Numbered from the stretch's first letter, positions 9,192 to 19,743 are shown. The stretch: 64,000 nucleotides of DNA from Ignavibacteriota bacterium (GCA_963701295.1 OY969585.1:992001-1056000), one strand, 5' to 3'. The notes: a model not told the origin generated them from the letters alone. A program made the numbers and translations.

Positions 9192-11426
9192 CTACACATG
9201 TAACCTCAAGCCAGCATACACCATTCTGCCGGTTACGGGTCCCCATATTAATGATGCATCAAAAAAATGCCCTTGAGGATTTGCACCATCGAGAATTGGA
9301 TTGGCTTGTCTGAAATCAAATAAATTCTCAATACCGACATATATATCAAGGCCGTTTATAAATGTCCGCATCACTTGAATGTTCATGGTAAAAAAGCTCG
9401 GTGAGAACGCGAGCGCACGCAAACTATCCGGATTTAATAAAGTTTCAGGAATTCTTTTCTTTCCGAACCATTGCATCGTCACATCGAATAATGTCTGCGG
9501 GTCATCCGGTTGATTGCGTTCCGTTGCGTAAGATACTGTTGCTAGTGCCCGATGTTGTGCCGTCAGCGGACGTTCGAGCCATACGCCGCCAAGGTTTTGC
9601 ATCACATCTAAATATCTATAGGCAATGCGTACATCCAACCGTTCCGATGGCTGAATGTTCAGCTCCGTTTGCACACTATTAGAATACGAGCCATTCGGAA
9701 CCGAATAAAAGCGCACTTGATGCGGATTGGAGTCAAGATCAGCAAGGACAAGCTGCTCGAAATTGGTTCTGTAAAGATCAATCAACAGTGTTGCTTCGCG
9801 ATTATCGAAGGTGAAATAATGTGTCATATTGAAGCCGTAATTCCATGCAATTTCTTGTTTCAGTCCGTACCCAAAAGAGTTCGTCGGAACAATTGAAACC
9901 GCGCGTGAACTGACAAACACCGATGAGTTCTCTGCAAAAATGTTTGCAGTTCTATATCCTCGTCCCGCGGCTAGCCGCAGTACCCAATCTTCCTGCGGCG
10001 TATACCGAATGTGGAGGCGTGGTGTGATCATCGTACCATATTCATTATGTTCATCGGTGCGGATCCCGGCAACAAGTGAGAGCCGTTCGTTGGGTGTAAA
10101 TGTGTATTCAAAGAACGCACCGGGCACCCTTTCAATACGGTTGTAAGGAAGATTATCATAGCGTTCATCATATTGATCGAACAAGAAACTTATACCCGTT
10201 TGGAACGTCTGCGCTTCGCCGTCCAGCTCTGCTTGATAAAGAATGTTGAGATATCCCGTCTCTTCATTTCCATCATACACCTGCGTACCAAAGTGTTCCG
10301 TATTGCTGCACCTGCTGAGTGACCATTGCACACCAAAACTCCGTCCGTGTTCACCTTGAAAAACATATCCGGTTTTGCCATTTAGGCGAAGCAGAGTACT
10401 TTTCATTCCATACTCATAAGCAAATAGAGGCTCTCGATCGTATGTTCCGCCATCTTTACTATCGCTCACATACTGGAGACCCAACTGATTCATCCAACCG
10501 TTGGACATGATGAATTTCCAACGCTGCAGTGCATTAATGGTTGTGAACAACGGCATATCGAGAAAACCATCGCCATTCTCATCCACCGGATGCCGTTGTG
10601 AACTAACATGAAGAAGCGTCATCGACGATAAATAATCGCTCAGGCGTTCCCGCATATTCAGGTTCGCCTCCATCCGTTGATCTTGATTGCCGTAGAGATT
10701 CAGGAAGAATTGTTTCTCGTCTTCCTTCTCTGGTTTGCGCAGATCTACATCAATCTGTCCGGTGATGGATTCATACCCGTTGGCAACGGAACCAATTCCT
10801 TTCGAGACATTGATAGCTTCGATCCATGTTCCCGGAATAAATGTCAACCCGACATTGGATGTGAGTCCGCGTATATACGGCATATTCTCCATTGTCATTT
10901 GCGTATAGATACCGGAAAGTCCCAGCATCTCAATTTGCTTTGTTCCTGTAATCGCATCGGTGAACGAAACATCAATCGAAGGATTGGTCTGAAAACTTTC
11001 CGAGAGATTGCAGCACGCAGCTTTAAAGAGTTCCTTTTCTGTCATCACTGTTTTCTTAAAAGGATTCGCGTAGTCCAAGTATGAAGCTTGCCGCTTGCCA
11101 ATCACATTTACGTCGCCAACAGTCTGTGCTTCGGATTTCATGAAAATGCGAATGGAATGCCGATCGGTGATGGTCACCGTATCAGGATGATACCCGAGAC
11201 AGCGGACTACCAACGTTTTCGATTCTTTTACAAACGGAATGCTGAAGAAACCGTTTGAATCGGTTGTTTCACCGCGGGAAGTGCCTAGCCAGTACGCAGA
11301 GACACCAACCAGTGGATGTTCATTCCCTTGTTCATCCTTCTCTCCGACATATCCCTTCAACTTATCTTGTGCAGAACCAGCAGAGACCGTCAGAACGAGA
11401 AGAATGATTGCTATAAATGCTTTCAT
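9192..11426 (-). CDS. TonB-dependent receptor with N-terminal carboxypeptidase-regulatory-like domain, probably metal-related
   Basis: Signal peptide; plug region LFKAACCNLSESF and SKGIGSVANGYESITGQI; C-terminal beta strand YAGLRLHV; downstream of the HMA and HYC_CC_PP genes. Confidence 0.9.
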   Translation of the reverse strand: MKAFIAIILLVLTVSAGSAQDKLKGYVGEKDEQGNEHPLVGVSAYWLGTSRGETTDSNGFFSIPFVKESKTLVVRCLGYHPDTVTITDRHSIRIFMKSEAQTVGDVNVIGKRQASYLDYANPFKKTVMTEKELFKAACCNLSESFQTNPSIDVSFTDAITGTKQIEMLGLSGIYTQMTMENMPYIRGLTSNVGLTFIPGTWIEAINVSKGIGSVANGYESITGQIDVDLRKPEKEDEKQFFLNLYGNQDQRMEANLNMRERLSDYLSSMTLLHVSSQRHPVDENGDGFLDMPLFTTINALQRWKFIMSNGWMNQLGLQYVSDSKDGGTYDREPLFAYEYGMKSTLLRLNGKTGYVFQGEHGRSFGVQWSLSRCSNTEHFGTQVYDGNEETGYLNILYQAELDGEAQTFQTGISFLFDQYDERYDNLPYNRIERVPGAFFEYTFTPNERLSLVAGIRTDEHNEYGTMITPRLHIRYTPQEDWVLRLAAGRGYRTANIFAENSSVFVSSRAVSIVPTNSFGYGLKQEIAWNYGFNMTHYFTFDNREATLLIDLYRTNFEQLVLADLDSNPHQVRFYSVPNGSYSNSVQTELNIQPSERLDVRIAYRYLDVMQNLGGVWLERPLTAQHRALATVSYATERNQPDDPQTLFDVTMQWFGKKRIPETLLNPDSLRALAFSPSFFTMNIQVMRTFINGLDIYVGIENLFDFRQANPILDGANPQGHFFDASLIWGPVTGRMVYAGLRLHV

Positions 11427-11467
11427 TTCTCACCTCTTATCTTTTTTGTATGTTTAATATGATAAGA

Positions 11468-11815
11468 TTAGTGAGACTTACCTGTGTCGCGATACAAACA
11501 ACAGGAAGGAAGCTCCGCATAGACCGAATCGGCTGCTTTATATTTCTCGGTATCATGGCCGACAGCGGCAATGCGCTGCTGAAGAGAATCAAGAGTAATC
11601 GCCGGGGAGAGATATGCGATTGATATCATCTTGGTTTGTTTGTTCCACCGTGCAGATTTCACTTCTTTAATCTTCAAGGATTTTTCAATGCGGCTTTTAC
11701 AAGAAGCGCAATTGCCAAAGACTTTGAACTCTGCTTCTTTCACTGTGTCTTGTTGAGCAGAAAGAAACGATGAGAGAGAAATGATAAGCGCAAATAAAAC
11801 GACTATGATTTTCAT
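11468..11815 (-). CDS. Exported heavy-metal-associated (HMA) domain protein
   Basis: Signal peptide, VFGNCASCKSRIE CxxC motif, C-terminal YAELPSCCLY. Confidence 0.88.
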   Translation of the reverse strand: MKIIVVLFALIISLSSFLSAQQDTVKEAEFKVFGNCASCKSRIEKSLKIKEVKSARWNKQTKMISIAYLSPAITLDSLQQRIAAVGHDTEKYKAADSVYAELPSCCLYRDTGKSH

Positions 11816-11905
11816 GGTTTTCCTCAACTATAGAATGTGTATGGATAAAGTAAAACTGCAGGATGGCTGAAACCACTCTGCGTTTATTACTGTACCACAC
11901 AATTC

Positions 11906-12289
11906 TTAAATAAGGAACACGCTATGAAGAATATAGAGTGGAGGGGAATCAGGCGGAGAGCTTGCCGGAACAACTTCATGCACCACATGAGAAGATAATA
12001 CTATTTCGGTTGATGTCTCAGCCCACAGAGATACTGCGGTTTGCGGAGAAGGTGGTTGGTTCACATGCACGGCAAGTTGTTCATCGTTCAGTTGAATGCT
12101 TTTGATTTCTGTCTTGCAGCAATTATCGGGAGCTGCTGTACCATCGCAGTCGCATGGATTTTCTTTTGGAACAAACGGCAGCATCTGGACAGAAGTGATT
12201 TTTCCGCCGCAGAAATGTGTTGAAATAGTCATTCCTACTATAAGAGTAAAATAGAATGCTATAAAGAATATGGAAATTGTCTTTCTCAC
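11906..12289 (-). CDS. HYC_CC_PP family protein
   Basis: HFCGG, NCCK and PPDSPP motifs, ending LYILHSVFLI; usual position upstream of HMA/TonB genes. Confidence 0.85.
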   Translation of the reverse strand: MRKTISIFFIAFYFTLIVGMTISTHFCGGKITSVQMLPFVPKENPCDCDGTAAPDNCCKTEIKSIQLNDEQLAVHVNQPPSPQTAVSLWAETSTEIVLSSHVVHEVVPASSPPDSPPLYILHSVFLI

Positions 12290-12397
12290 GTTTATAAGAT
12301 ACTATTAATTAAACGGACAAGCTGCCCGCTGAGTTCCTTTGTTGTCAAACTTGATTGATTTGATGCGGAATGCAAGGAAACGGTTCATTATCTTTTA

Positions 12398-12907
12398 TTA
12401 GAATTCGATAATCTCCGGATCTTTGTCAGACTTTGTGATTTTCCACTCCTGTTCCAGAGGATCAAAATCTGAAATTTTAACTAACGGCATACGCAGATAT
12501 TTGCCAAAACCTGCTGCAGCAATATCACCGTTTGGCAAAAGCAGTTCTCCTGTTCCTTCAAATGTACGGCTGGTTTCGCTGGTAATACGACCTACGACTC
12601 TGAGTTCTTCGTTTAATGGTATCTGTTTTTTAAACCGCGTTGTGAATTCAACCGTAACACCCCATACTTCTTCATTTTTGTTTTTTATCATAATTGCCCG
12701 GCCGATTGTTTCATCAAGCACTGCAGTAGTAACGCCGCCATGCAGTCTGCCGGGATAGCTTTGGTGTTCGTTCGATGGTTTGAATATGCATACAAGTTCG
12801 TTGCTCTCTAATTCAAAAAATTCTCCCTTGAGTCCAAACGAATTTTTTAGACCGCAGAGAAAGCACATTTTACTATTCTGTTGTTTTCCTGTAACACGAT
12901 ATTTCAT
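12398..12907 (-). CDS. PaaI-family (hotdog) thioesterase
   Basis: CFLCGLKNSFGL and HQSYPGRLHGGVTTAVLDE motifs. Confidence 0.88.
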   Translation of the reverse strand: MKYRVTGKQQNSKMCFLCGLKNSFGLKGEFFELESNELVCIFKPSNEHQSYPGRLHGGVTTAVLDETIGRAIMIKNKNEEVWGVTVEFTTRFKKQIPLNEELRVVGRITSETSRTFEGTGELLLPNGDIAAAGFGKYLRMPLVKISDFDPLEQEWKITKSDKDPEIIEF

Positions 12908-12977
12908 GTATCTAAACCTTTGTAAAGGAGTTTTGTTGCCTTATTCTGTTGTATTGGTTGGGTATCTGTTTAAAAAT

Positions 12978-13577
12978 TTACTCTTTTGAGAGTTTTGCAA
13001 TATCGGGATATAATTCTGTCATGCAATCGGGGCATAGTCCGTGCGTGAAATCCACATCTACAATGTGGTCTTTGATATAACCTTCAATTTGCTGCCACTG
13101 GTTCGTACTGGACCTAATTTTTTTACAATTTGTACAAATAGGCAGTAAACCTCCGAGCTCCATTAGTTCATGGATATCTTCTAAGATGAGTAATGTCAGC
13201 GACCTATTATCGAATGTGAAGGGCGAGGTTGTTACAAGAAGAGGTACGTCGGTAACTTTCTCAACGATTTTACGCTGCATAATGGTCTTTTTGCGATAGA
13301 CTTTTTCGCCGCGGCTCGCCTCGATTACTGAATTTCGTACCACACAGGTATTGCAATGAGGACCGTGTCCGCACCCTTCCTGTGTATCCCCGGAATGAAT
13401 ACAATGAAGCGCTTCTCCGCCCCGCTGTTGGAACACTTCATCGCTCCCAAGCAGGCGAAGTGCAGAAGAATTCCAGAAAAGGATATGCATATCATCGTCC
13501 ACCACTAATATTGGGAAAGGGATACTATTAAACGTGTTTGTCAAAAAATCATTGTCTTCATGTAAATAAAGCGGCAT
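12978..13577 (-). CDS. PAS-domain protein with C-terminal Cys4 (zinc-ribbon-like) domain
   Basis: FNSIPFPILVVDDDMHILFWN (PAS), Cys/His-rich insert, tail LPICTNCKKIR...FTHGLCPDC. Probable ATG 13577. Confidence 0.75.
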   Translation of the reverse strand: MPLYLHEDNDFLTNTFNSIPFPILVVDDDMHILFWNSSALRLLGSDEVFQQRGGEALHCIHSGDTQEGCGHGPHCNTCVVRNSVIEASRGEKVYRKKTIMQRKIVEKVTDVPLLVTTSPFTFDNRSLTLLILEDIHELMELGGLLPICTNCKKIRSSTNQWQQIEGYIKDHIVDVDFTHGLCPDCMTELYPDIAKLSKE

Positions 13578-13707
13578 GGAAGTCCTTTCAAACTCTTTAT
13601 ATAAGGTAGCAGGAGTGTGCACGAAACGCAAGTTGGTTTTTGCATCATTTTTTTCTACACTTTGCTATAGATGTTCACCGACCTTTTAATAAGGAGGATG
13701 GAAGTTA

Positions 13708-14802
13708 ATGAATACCAATAATCTTAAATCATTGATCCCTTTTCTTTCATTGTGTATCGCGTTTACCATGGCTCTCCTTAATGCACAAGAGAAGAAAATG
13801 AATGAAGATGGAATCTCTAAGCAAATCGACGAGAAGTTCGAAGCGCTTGATCACCGTCTCGATCAATTAGCAAAGGCAGTAGATGATGTCATCTGGTACA
13901 ATAAAGTGGGCGATGTGGCTAACATCGAAAAGGTTTTTATTGTCGGGCCACCGCCTTGGAAAGTCAAGGATTCTACGGCAAGAGGCGCATTGAATCCGGT
14001 AAAATTTTGGGCGTATATCTTCATTCCGCAGAAACTCAATCGAAGTAAAAAATATCCGCTTCTTGTTCTGCCGCATGGAGGCGTACATGCAGATTTCACA
14101 ACATATCATACGCACATCATCCGTGAGCTGATGGCGCAAGGTTATATCGTTGTGGCGCCGGAATACCGCGGCAGTACTGGTTATGGCAAGCAGTTCTACG
14201 AACGCATCGATTATGGCGGACGCGAAGTGGAAGACAATCACGCAGCGCGCGATTGGATGATTGAGAATTATAGGATTGTTGATAAAGATCGCATCGGTGC
14301 AATTGGTTGGAGTCATGGCGGACTTATTACACTGATGGATATCTTCGAGCATCCGAACGATTACCAAGTAGCGTTTGCCGGTGTGCCGGTGAGCGATCTT
14401 GTGATGCGCTTAGGATATTATGACGATGATTACCGCAAAGATTTTTCTGCCCAATACCACATCGGCAAAACGGTGAGTGAAGACTCGGCAGAATATCGCA
14501 GACGTTCTCCGATTTCAGGAGTGGAAAAATTGAAAACACCCTTGCTTATTCATACTAACACCATCGACGATGATGTGCATGTGGAAGAGGTCGAACATCT
14601 TATTCAGGAACTGAAAGTGGCAGGAAAGAAATTTGAGTACGAGATTTTCAAAGATGCTCCCGGTGGACACAGTTTCGATCGCATTGACACAAAGCTGGCA
14701 AAAGAAACCCGGATGAAAATTTATACATTCCTTGCAAGATATCTTTATCCACCGCATCAGTTCAAATCAGTGCAAGATTTGGAGAAGGCAGGATACAGGT
14801 AA
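13708..14802 (+). CDS. S9 family serine peptidase (exported)
   Basis: Signal peptide; PHGGVH, YRGSTGYG, GWSHGG nucleophile, DDDV and GGHSF. Confidence 0.88.
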   Translation: MNTNNLKSLIPFLSLCIAFTMALLNAQEKKMNEDGISKQIDEKFEALDHRLDQLAKAVDDVIWYNKVGDVANIEKVFIVGPPPWKVKDSTARGALNPVKFWAYIFIPQKLNRSKKYPLLVLPHGGVHADFTTYHTHIIRELMAQGYIVVAPEYRGSTGYGKQFYERIDYGGREVEDNHAARDWMIENYRIVDKDRIGAIGWSHGGLITLMDIFEHPNDYQVAFAGVPVSDLVMRLGYYDDDYRKDFSAQYHIGKTVSEDSAEYRRRSPISGVEKLKTPLLIHTNTIDDDVHVEEVEHLIQELKVAGKKFEYEIFKDAPGGHSFDRIDTKLAKETRMKIYTFLARYLYPPHQFKSVQDLEKAGYR

Positions 14803-14927
14803 AGATGGCGTTTGGGCTTGGTAGAAGATGAAGTCAGCACACCGGCGAACATCCATGATGATAATTATTCATTTACGAATTATCCGGTTTTAAATAAGAA
14901 GAAAAAGTTGTACCTTCTTGTAAGTTC

Positions 14928-14950
14928 AACGCGGGTTCATCCGCGTTTTG
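14928..14950 (+). terminator. Probable intrinsic terminator hairpin after the S9 peptidase gene
   Basis: AACGCGG-gttcat-CCGCGTT followed by a T-rich tract. Confidence 0.45.
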
Positions 14951-14976
14951 TTTATCATTTAATTAAAGGATAATTC

Positions 14977-15666
14977 ATGAAAAAGCTTATTGTGGTTGCT
15001 CTTGTGCTCTTGTTGTTTGGCGACACGGTTATAGCGCAGAAAAAAGTAACACCCAAGACGAAAAAAGAAAAAATCAGTTATAGTATCGGTGTGAATATTG
15101 GAAAAAATATGAAAACGCAGGGGTTGGACCTCGATCAGGGACTACTCACGCAAGGAATCAAGGATGGACTCAATAGCTCAAAAACAGCAATGAGTGATAA
15201 AGATATGGAAGCAACAATGACTGCTTTTCAACAGGAAATGATGGGCAAGATGCAGGCGAAGCAAAAAGTTGACCGCGAAAAGAATATAAAAGAAGGTGAG
15301 GCATTCCTTGCCGCAAACAAAAAGAAAGAAGGCGTTATAACATTACCCAGTGGACTGCAATACAAAATTTTAAAATCAGGCGATGGACCCAAACCGACAA
15401 AAGATCAAACAGTGAAGTGTAATTATCGTGGGACGCTCATTGATGGAACCGAATTTGACAGCTCATATAAACGAGGTGAACCGACAGAATTTCCTGTGGG
15501 ACAAGTGATCAAAGGATGGACTGAAGCTCTGCAGCTTATGCCTGTGGGTTCGAAATGGCAGCTCGTTATTCCATCCGATCTTGCCTATGGCCCGAATGGT
15601 GCCGGACAAATGATCGGCCCGAACGCCACATTAATTTTCGACATCGAGTTGATATCCATAAAATAA
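14977..15666 (+). CDS. FKBP-type peptidyl-prolyl cis-trans isomerase (FkpA/Mip-like)
   Basis: SYSIG, LPSGLQY, YRGTLIDGTEFDSS, VIKGWTEAL and IPSDLAYG motifs. Confidence 0.95.
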   Translation: MKKLIVVALVLLLFGDTVIAQKKVTPKTKKEKISYSIGVNIGKNMKTQGLDLDQGLLTQGIKDGLNSSKTAMSDKDMEATMTAFQQEMMGKMQAKQKVDREKNIKEGEAFLAANKKKEGVITLPSGLQYKILKSGDGPKPTKDQTVKCNYRGTLIDGTEFDSSYKRGEPTEFPVGQVIKGWTEALQLMPVGSKWQLVIPSDLAYGPNGAGQMIGPNATLIFDIELISIK

Positions 15667-15677
15667 CGACTACCTCT

Positions 15678-15706
15678 CTGCGACGTACTTTTAAAGTGCG
15701 TCGCAG
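15678..15706 (+). other. Intercistronic stem-loop between the FKBP and dedA genes
   Basis: CTGCGACGTACTT-tta-AAGTGCGTCGCAG forms a 13-bp stem with one G-U pair and no U tract. Confidence 0.55.
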
Positions 15707-15721
15707 GTGAGTATCTCAATA

Positions 15722-16390
15722 ATGGAATTCCTACAACAACTCATAGATTTCATTCTTCACATCGACAGGCACTTGATTGATCTTTGTGGAATGTATGGAA
15801 TGTGGATTTATGCGATTCTGTTTCTCATCGTCTTCTGCGAAACCGGTTTAGTGGTAACACCTTTTTTACCGGGCGACTCACTTTTATTTGCCATCGGGTC
15901 ATTGGCAGCCATAGGTGCAATGCATATTGCATACGCCATTCCATTGCTGATTTCCGCAGTTCTCGCTGGCGATAATACGAACTATTGGATTGGGAGGAAA
16001 ATTGGACCGAAAGTTTTCAGCAAAGAAAAATCTCGGTTCTTTAATAAAGAATATCTTGATCGCACAAACCGGTTTTATGATAAACATGGACGGATCACTG
16101 TGATTCTGGCGCGATTCCTCCCCATCATACGTACGTTTGCGCCCTTCGTTGCAGGTATCGGACGCATGACGTATCGGACATTTTTATTATTCAGCGTCTT
16201 CGGTGCATTATTATGGGTCAATTCGTTTATTCTGATCGGCTATTTTTTTGGCAATATGCAGCTCGTCAAACAAAACTTTTCAATTGTTATCATCGCACTT
16301 GTTCTTATTCCAGGTATCCCAGCATTAGTGGAATTTGTACGCCACTATTTTGAACGACGGAATAAAAACAAAAATCCCCAAACCGAATAA
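15722..16390 (+). CDS. DedA family membrane protein
   Basis: FCETGLVVTPFLPGDSLLF and ARFLPIIRTFAPFVAG motifs. Confidence 0.93.
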   Translation: MEFLQQLIDFILHIDRHLIDLCGMYGMWIYAILFLIVFCETGLVVTPFLPGDSLLFAIGSLAAIGAMHIAYAIPLLISAVLAGDNTNYWIGRKIGPKVFSKEKSRFFNKEYLDRTNRFYDKHGRITVILARFLPIIRTFAPFVAGIGRMTYRTFLLFSVFGALLWVNSFILIGYFFGNMQLVKQNFSIVIIALVLIPGIPALVEFVRHYFERRNKNKNPQTE

Positions 16391-16602
16391 TAATACTTCA
16401 CCAACAGAATTTTATTCCCTGCAATGATCATCACCCTGAATATAAATTACATGCCGATAAAAAACCTCTGCGCTATGCCTAACGTCTGATTCAATACATT
16501 TATCGATGGAAACCAAGCTGAACAAAAAAAGCGCGGACACTGTTTTACAAAATCATTTTACTTTACGTCTAATTTAAAAAATACTTCTACTCAGGATTTA
16601 CT

Positions 16603-17064
16603 ATGAATCTAATCGTCCGTCTTGCTGCACCTTCAGATGTTTCCATCATTGCAGAGTTTAACACAGCAATGGCGAAAGAGACAGAAGGAATTGAACTGAA
16701 TCGCGAACGACTCCGTAGAGGAGTAGAAGCATTGTTCGCTGATCCGACAAGAGGCCAATACTATATTGCTGAAATCAATGGAAGAGCTGCTGGCCAGTTG
16801 ATGATCACGTATGAGTGGAGCGATTGGCGTAACGCTACATTTTGGTGGATTCAAAGTGTGTACGTTCATCCAGAATATCGCAGGCATGGTGTTTTCCGTG
16901 CCCTCTTTCGATATATAGAGACGATTGTCAGAATACACGGGGATGTGTGCGGTGTGCGTCTCTGCGTTGAAAACGAAAACGATCGTGCCCAAAAAACATA
17001 TAAAGCGCTTGGAATGAAGCGTTCGCATTATGCAATGATGGAAATGGATCTTGAATTGAAATAA
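16603..17064 (+). CDS. GNAT N-acetyltransferase
   Basis: TYEWSDWRN and QSVYVHPEYRRHGVF acetyl-CoA motif. Confidence 0.9.
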   Translation: MNLIVRLAAPSDVSIIAEFNTAMAKETEGIELNRERLRRGVEALFADPTRGQYYIAEINGRAAGQLMITYEWSDWRNATFWWIQSVYVHPEYRRHGVFRALFRYIETIVRIHGDVCGVRLCVENENDRAQKTYKALGMKRSHYAMMEMDLELK

Positions 17065-17237
17065 AAACAAAATGCGCTTATTAGTAAATCAGATAGTTTC
17101 AAATTATTTACAATTCCTCCAATCCTCGATATTCCTTTCTTTTCGCTAAAGTCGATATAAGCGGAACCTTATGTATTGGAAGCAGTGTTAGACGAGAAAA
17201 GGAATGATTTGAAAAAATACCGATGAAGGAGCGAAAT

Positions 17238-17888
17238 ATGAAAATTGCAGTTCTTGGGACTGGTATGGTTGGCGATGTGATAGGGACGAAACTTATTCAA
17301 TGTGGACATGAAGTTAAGATGGGATCACGTACATCAACGAATGTAAAAGCCGCTGCTTGGGTAAAGAAGAATGGAGCCCGCGCTTCTCAAGGGACGTTTG
17401 CCGATGCCGCTTCATTCGGTGAAATTGTATTCAACTGCACACATGGCAGAGCTTCTCAAGAAGCACTAAACCTTGCAGGTGCACATAATCTGAAAAACAA
17501 AATTCTGATTGATATTGCAAACGCATTGGATTCTTCGAAAGGGATGCCGCCTTCACTTGTTGTGTGCAACACAGATTCACTCGGAGAACAAATACAGCGT
17601 GCTTTTCCCGACACGAAAGTCATTAAAACACTGAATACGATGAATTGTAATCTCATGGTAAATCCCGATCTTGTCGCCAACGGTGATCATGATATCTTTA
17701 TATGCGGAAACGATGTGGAAGCAAAGGCGAATGTGGTAAAGATATTACGAGATTGGTTTGGCTGGAAATCTATCGTTGATTTGGGTGATATTACAAACGC
17801 ACGCGCGACAGAAATGCTGCTGCCGATTTGGATGCGACTCTACGGGAAATTCCAAAGTCCTAACTTCAATTTCAAGATCGTTCGTTGA
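17238..17888 (+). CDS. NADP oxidoreductase (F420-dependent NADP reductase family)
   Basis: IAVLGTGMVG Rossmann motif, DSLGEQIQ, VIKTLNT and DLGDI. Confidence 0.85.
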   Translation: MKIAVLGTGMVGDVIGTKLIQCGHEVKMGSRTSTNVKAAAWVKKNGARASQGTFADAASFGEIVFNCTHGRASQEALNLAGAHNLKNKILIDIANALDSSKGMPPSLVVCNTDSLGEQIQRAFPDTKVIKTLNTMNCNLMVNPDLVANGDHDIFICGNDVEAKANVVKILRDWFGWKSIVDLGDITNARATEMLLPIWMRLYGKFQSPNFNFKIVR

Positions 17889-17912
17889 AGGGGTTGTGTG
17901 TGCCTTTAATGG

Positions 17913-18854
17913 CTAACTCACGCCACTCTCTACGATTTCAATCTTTCCGCGTTTAGTGTCAATTCTTGCTTTCAATCCCAAAGGCACTGTAAGTTTGCGG
18001 GGAATGTGGCCATATTGAAAATTCATTACAACAGGACATTTAATCTTCTGCGCGAATTCTTCTTGAACTTGATCAATTGTTAAATGCGGATCGTCCGGAC
18101 TACTGGGGACACAGTCGGTAAATTTCCCAAAAAGTAATGCTTCAAGCTTGTATAAAATTCCTGCATTGAGAAGCTGTGCCAATATTCGATCGACTCGATA
18201 CGGCGATTCCTCAACATCCTCCAAAACGAGTATCGCATCTTCCATTGGCGGCTGAAATGGGGTGCCCATCAGGCAGGCGAGGAGTGAAAGATTTCCACCC
18301 ACTAATCGCCCGCTTGCTTTGCCGTGCCGGAGAATTGTTAATGGTTCATCAGCTGGATTTTTTAACAGCCCGATTTTTTTATTTGATGTAAGAATACGCC
18401 AGAAATATTCTTCGGTGTAAAGATCGAAATCTCTCCACATATCCGAACCCGTCATAGGACCAGAGAAGGTTACTAATCCAATCTTGCGGAAGATGGCAAG
18501 CTGCAATGCCGTCAAATCGCTGTACCCAACGATGATTTTAGGATGTGCTTTCAATGAACGATAATCGATCATCTGTAGCAAACGTGGAGTGCCATATCCG
18601 CCGCGAATTGCAAAAATCGCTTTCACGTTTTTATCGCGCACCATCTCATTAAAGTCTGCGGACCTCTCATCGTCGCTCCCGGCGAGATATCCATAAACAG
18701 TGCGTATATGTTTGCCGCACTTGACACGATATCCCAGCTGCTCGAGATAGAGTGCACCTTTGAGAATCTTCTCCTCAGTGGAAGGAGTGCTTGCAGGTGC
18801 AATGAGTCCTATCAAATCGCCTTTCCGAAGGCGAGGTGGTTTTATGATATTCAT
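17913..18854 (-). CDS. LD-carboxypeptidase (S66 family)
   Basis: RGGYG, GYSDLT, GGNLS, LEDV and YGH catalytic motifs. Confidence 0.93.
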   Translation of the reverse strand: MNIIKPPRLRKGDLIGLIAPASTPSTEEKILKGALYLEQLGYRVKCGKHIRTVYGYLAGSDDERSADFNEMVRDKNVKAIFAIRGGYGTPRLLQMIDYRSLKAHPKIIVGYSDLTALQLAIFRKIGLVTFSGPMTGSDMWRDFDLYTEEYFWRILTSNKKIGLLKNPADEPLTILRHGKASGRLVGGNLSLLACLMGTPFQPPMEDAILVLEDVEESPYRVDRILAQLLNAGILYKLEALLFGKFTDCVPSSPDDPHLTIDQVQEEFAQKIKCPVVMNFQYGHIPRKLTVPLGLKARIDTKRGKIEIVESGVS

Positions 18855-18911
18855 ATCGTACCTGCTCTGTAGGGAATATCACAAGAAAAAAGAAGATCGC
18901 ATCCGCACGTT

Positions 18912-19703
18912 TTAACTTCCTCTCTTTTGTTGAACAGATTTCATCAACTTTCCAGGAAGTATTCGTGGTAAAAATCGGACAAGTTGTGTGCCCAGCCAAT
19001 TTTTCCATCCGGAAATAACAAGCTGCTTTTCTTTCATCAATCCTTTGTAACCATCCAGCGCGACATCGGAAGCATCCATTGAAAATGCTCCGTTGAAGAT
19101 TATTTCGTTAGTAAAACCGGCTCTTTTTCCAAATCCTGTTATAGTGGGCCCGGGACAAAACGCCGTAACAGTAACACCAGTTCCGTGAAGTTCTTCAGAG
19201 AGCGCCAAAGAAAAATTCAGCACATACGCTTTGGAAGCGTAGTAGGTTGCCATCAACGGGCCGGGTTGAAATGCTGCAGTGGATGCAATGTTCAATATTT
19301 TTCCGCGTTTTCGATCGATCATTCCCGGCAGAAAAAGCCGAGTGAGATGCGTAAGGGATGTAATGTTAACCTGAATCATTTCCAATGCATCGGCAGCATT
19401 CATTTTCGCGAATTCACCGCGCCACCCAAATCCGGCATTGTTAACAAGGACATCGATGTTCCCTCCTTCACTTTGAAGTGCTTCAAAAATTTCTTCCGGT
19501 GTGGAAGAAACAGACAAATCTTTAGTATAGCATTTCACCTGCACACCGTATGTTTGCTGTAAATTTTCAGCGATATGTTTGAGTGTGTCATGGCTGCGCG
19601 CTACAAGGGCAAGATCGTGACTTTCCCGTGCAAAAAGCTTTGCAAGTTCTAATCCAATGCCGCTTGAGGCGCCTGTAATAAGTGCAATGGGATTTGTGTT
19701 CAT
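18912..19703 (-). CDS. SDR family oxidoreductase
   Basis: TGASSGIG, NNAGFG and YYASK motifs. Confidence 0.93.
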   Translation of the reverse strand: MNTNPIALITGASSGIGLELAKLFARESHDLALVARSHDTLKHIAENLQQTYGVQVKCYTKDLSVSSTPEEIFEALQSEGGNIDVLVNNAGFGWRGEFAKMNAADALEMIQVNITSLTHLTRLFLPGMIDRKRGKILNIASTAAFQPGPLMATYYASKAYVLNFSLALSEELHGTGVTVTAFCPGPTITGFGKRAGFTNEIIFNGAFSMDASDVALDGYKGLMKEKQLVISGWKNWLGTQLVRFLPRILPGKLMKSVQQKRGS

Positions 19704-19743
19704 TTCTTCTCAGTTCCTGTTTTAAAATTTGTATCTAAAATTT

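Noticed and set aside
16477-16483. GCCTAAC core site after dedA
   Set aside because: Isolated 7-mer with no partner core, dyad or cassette gene; expected by chance.
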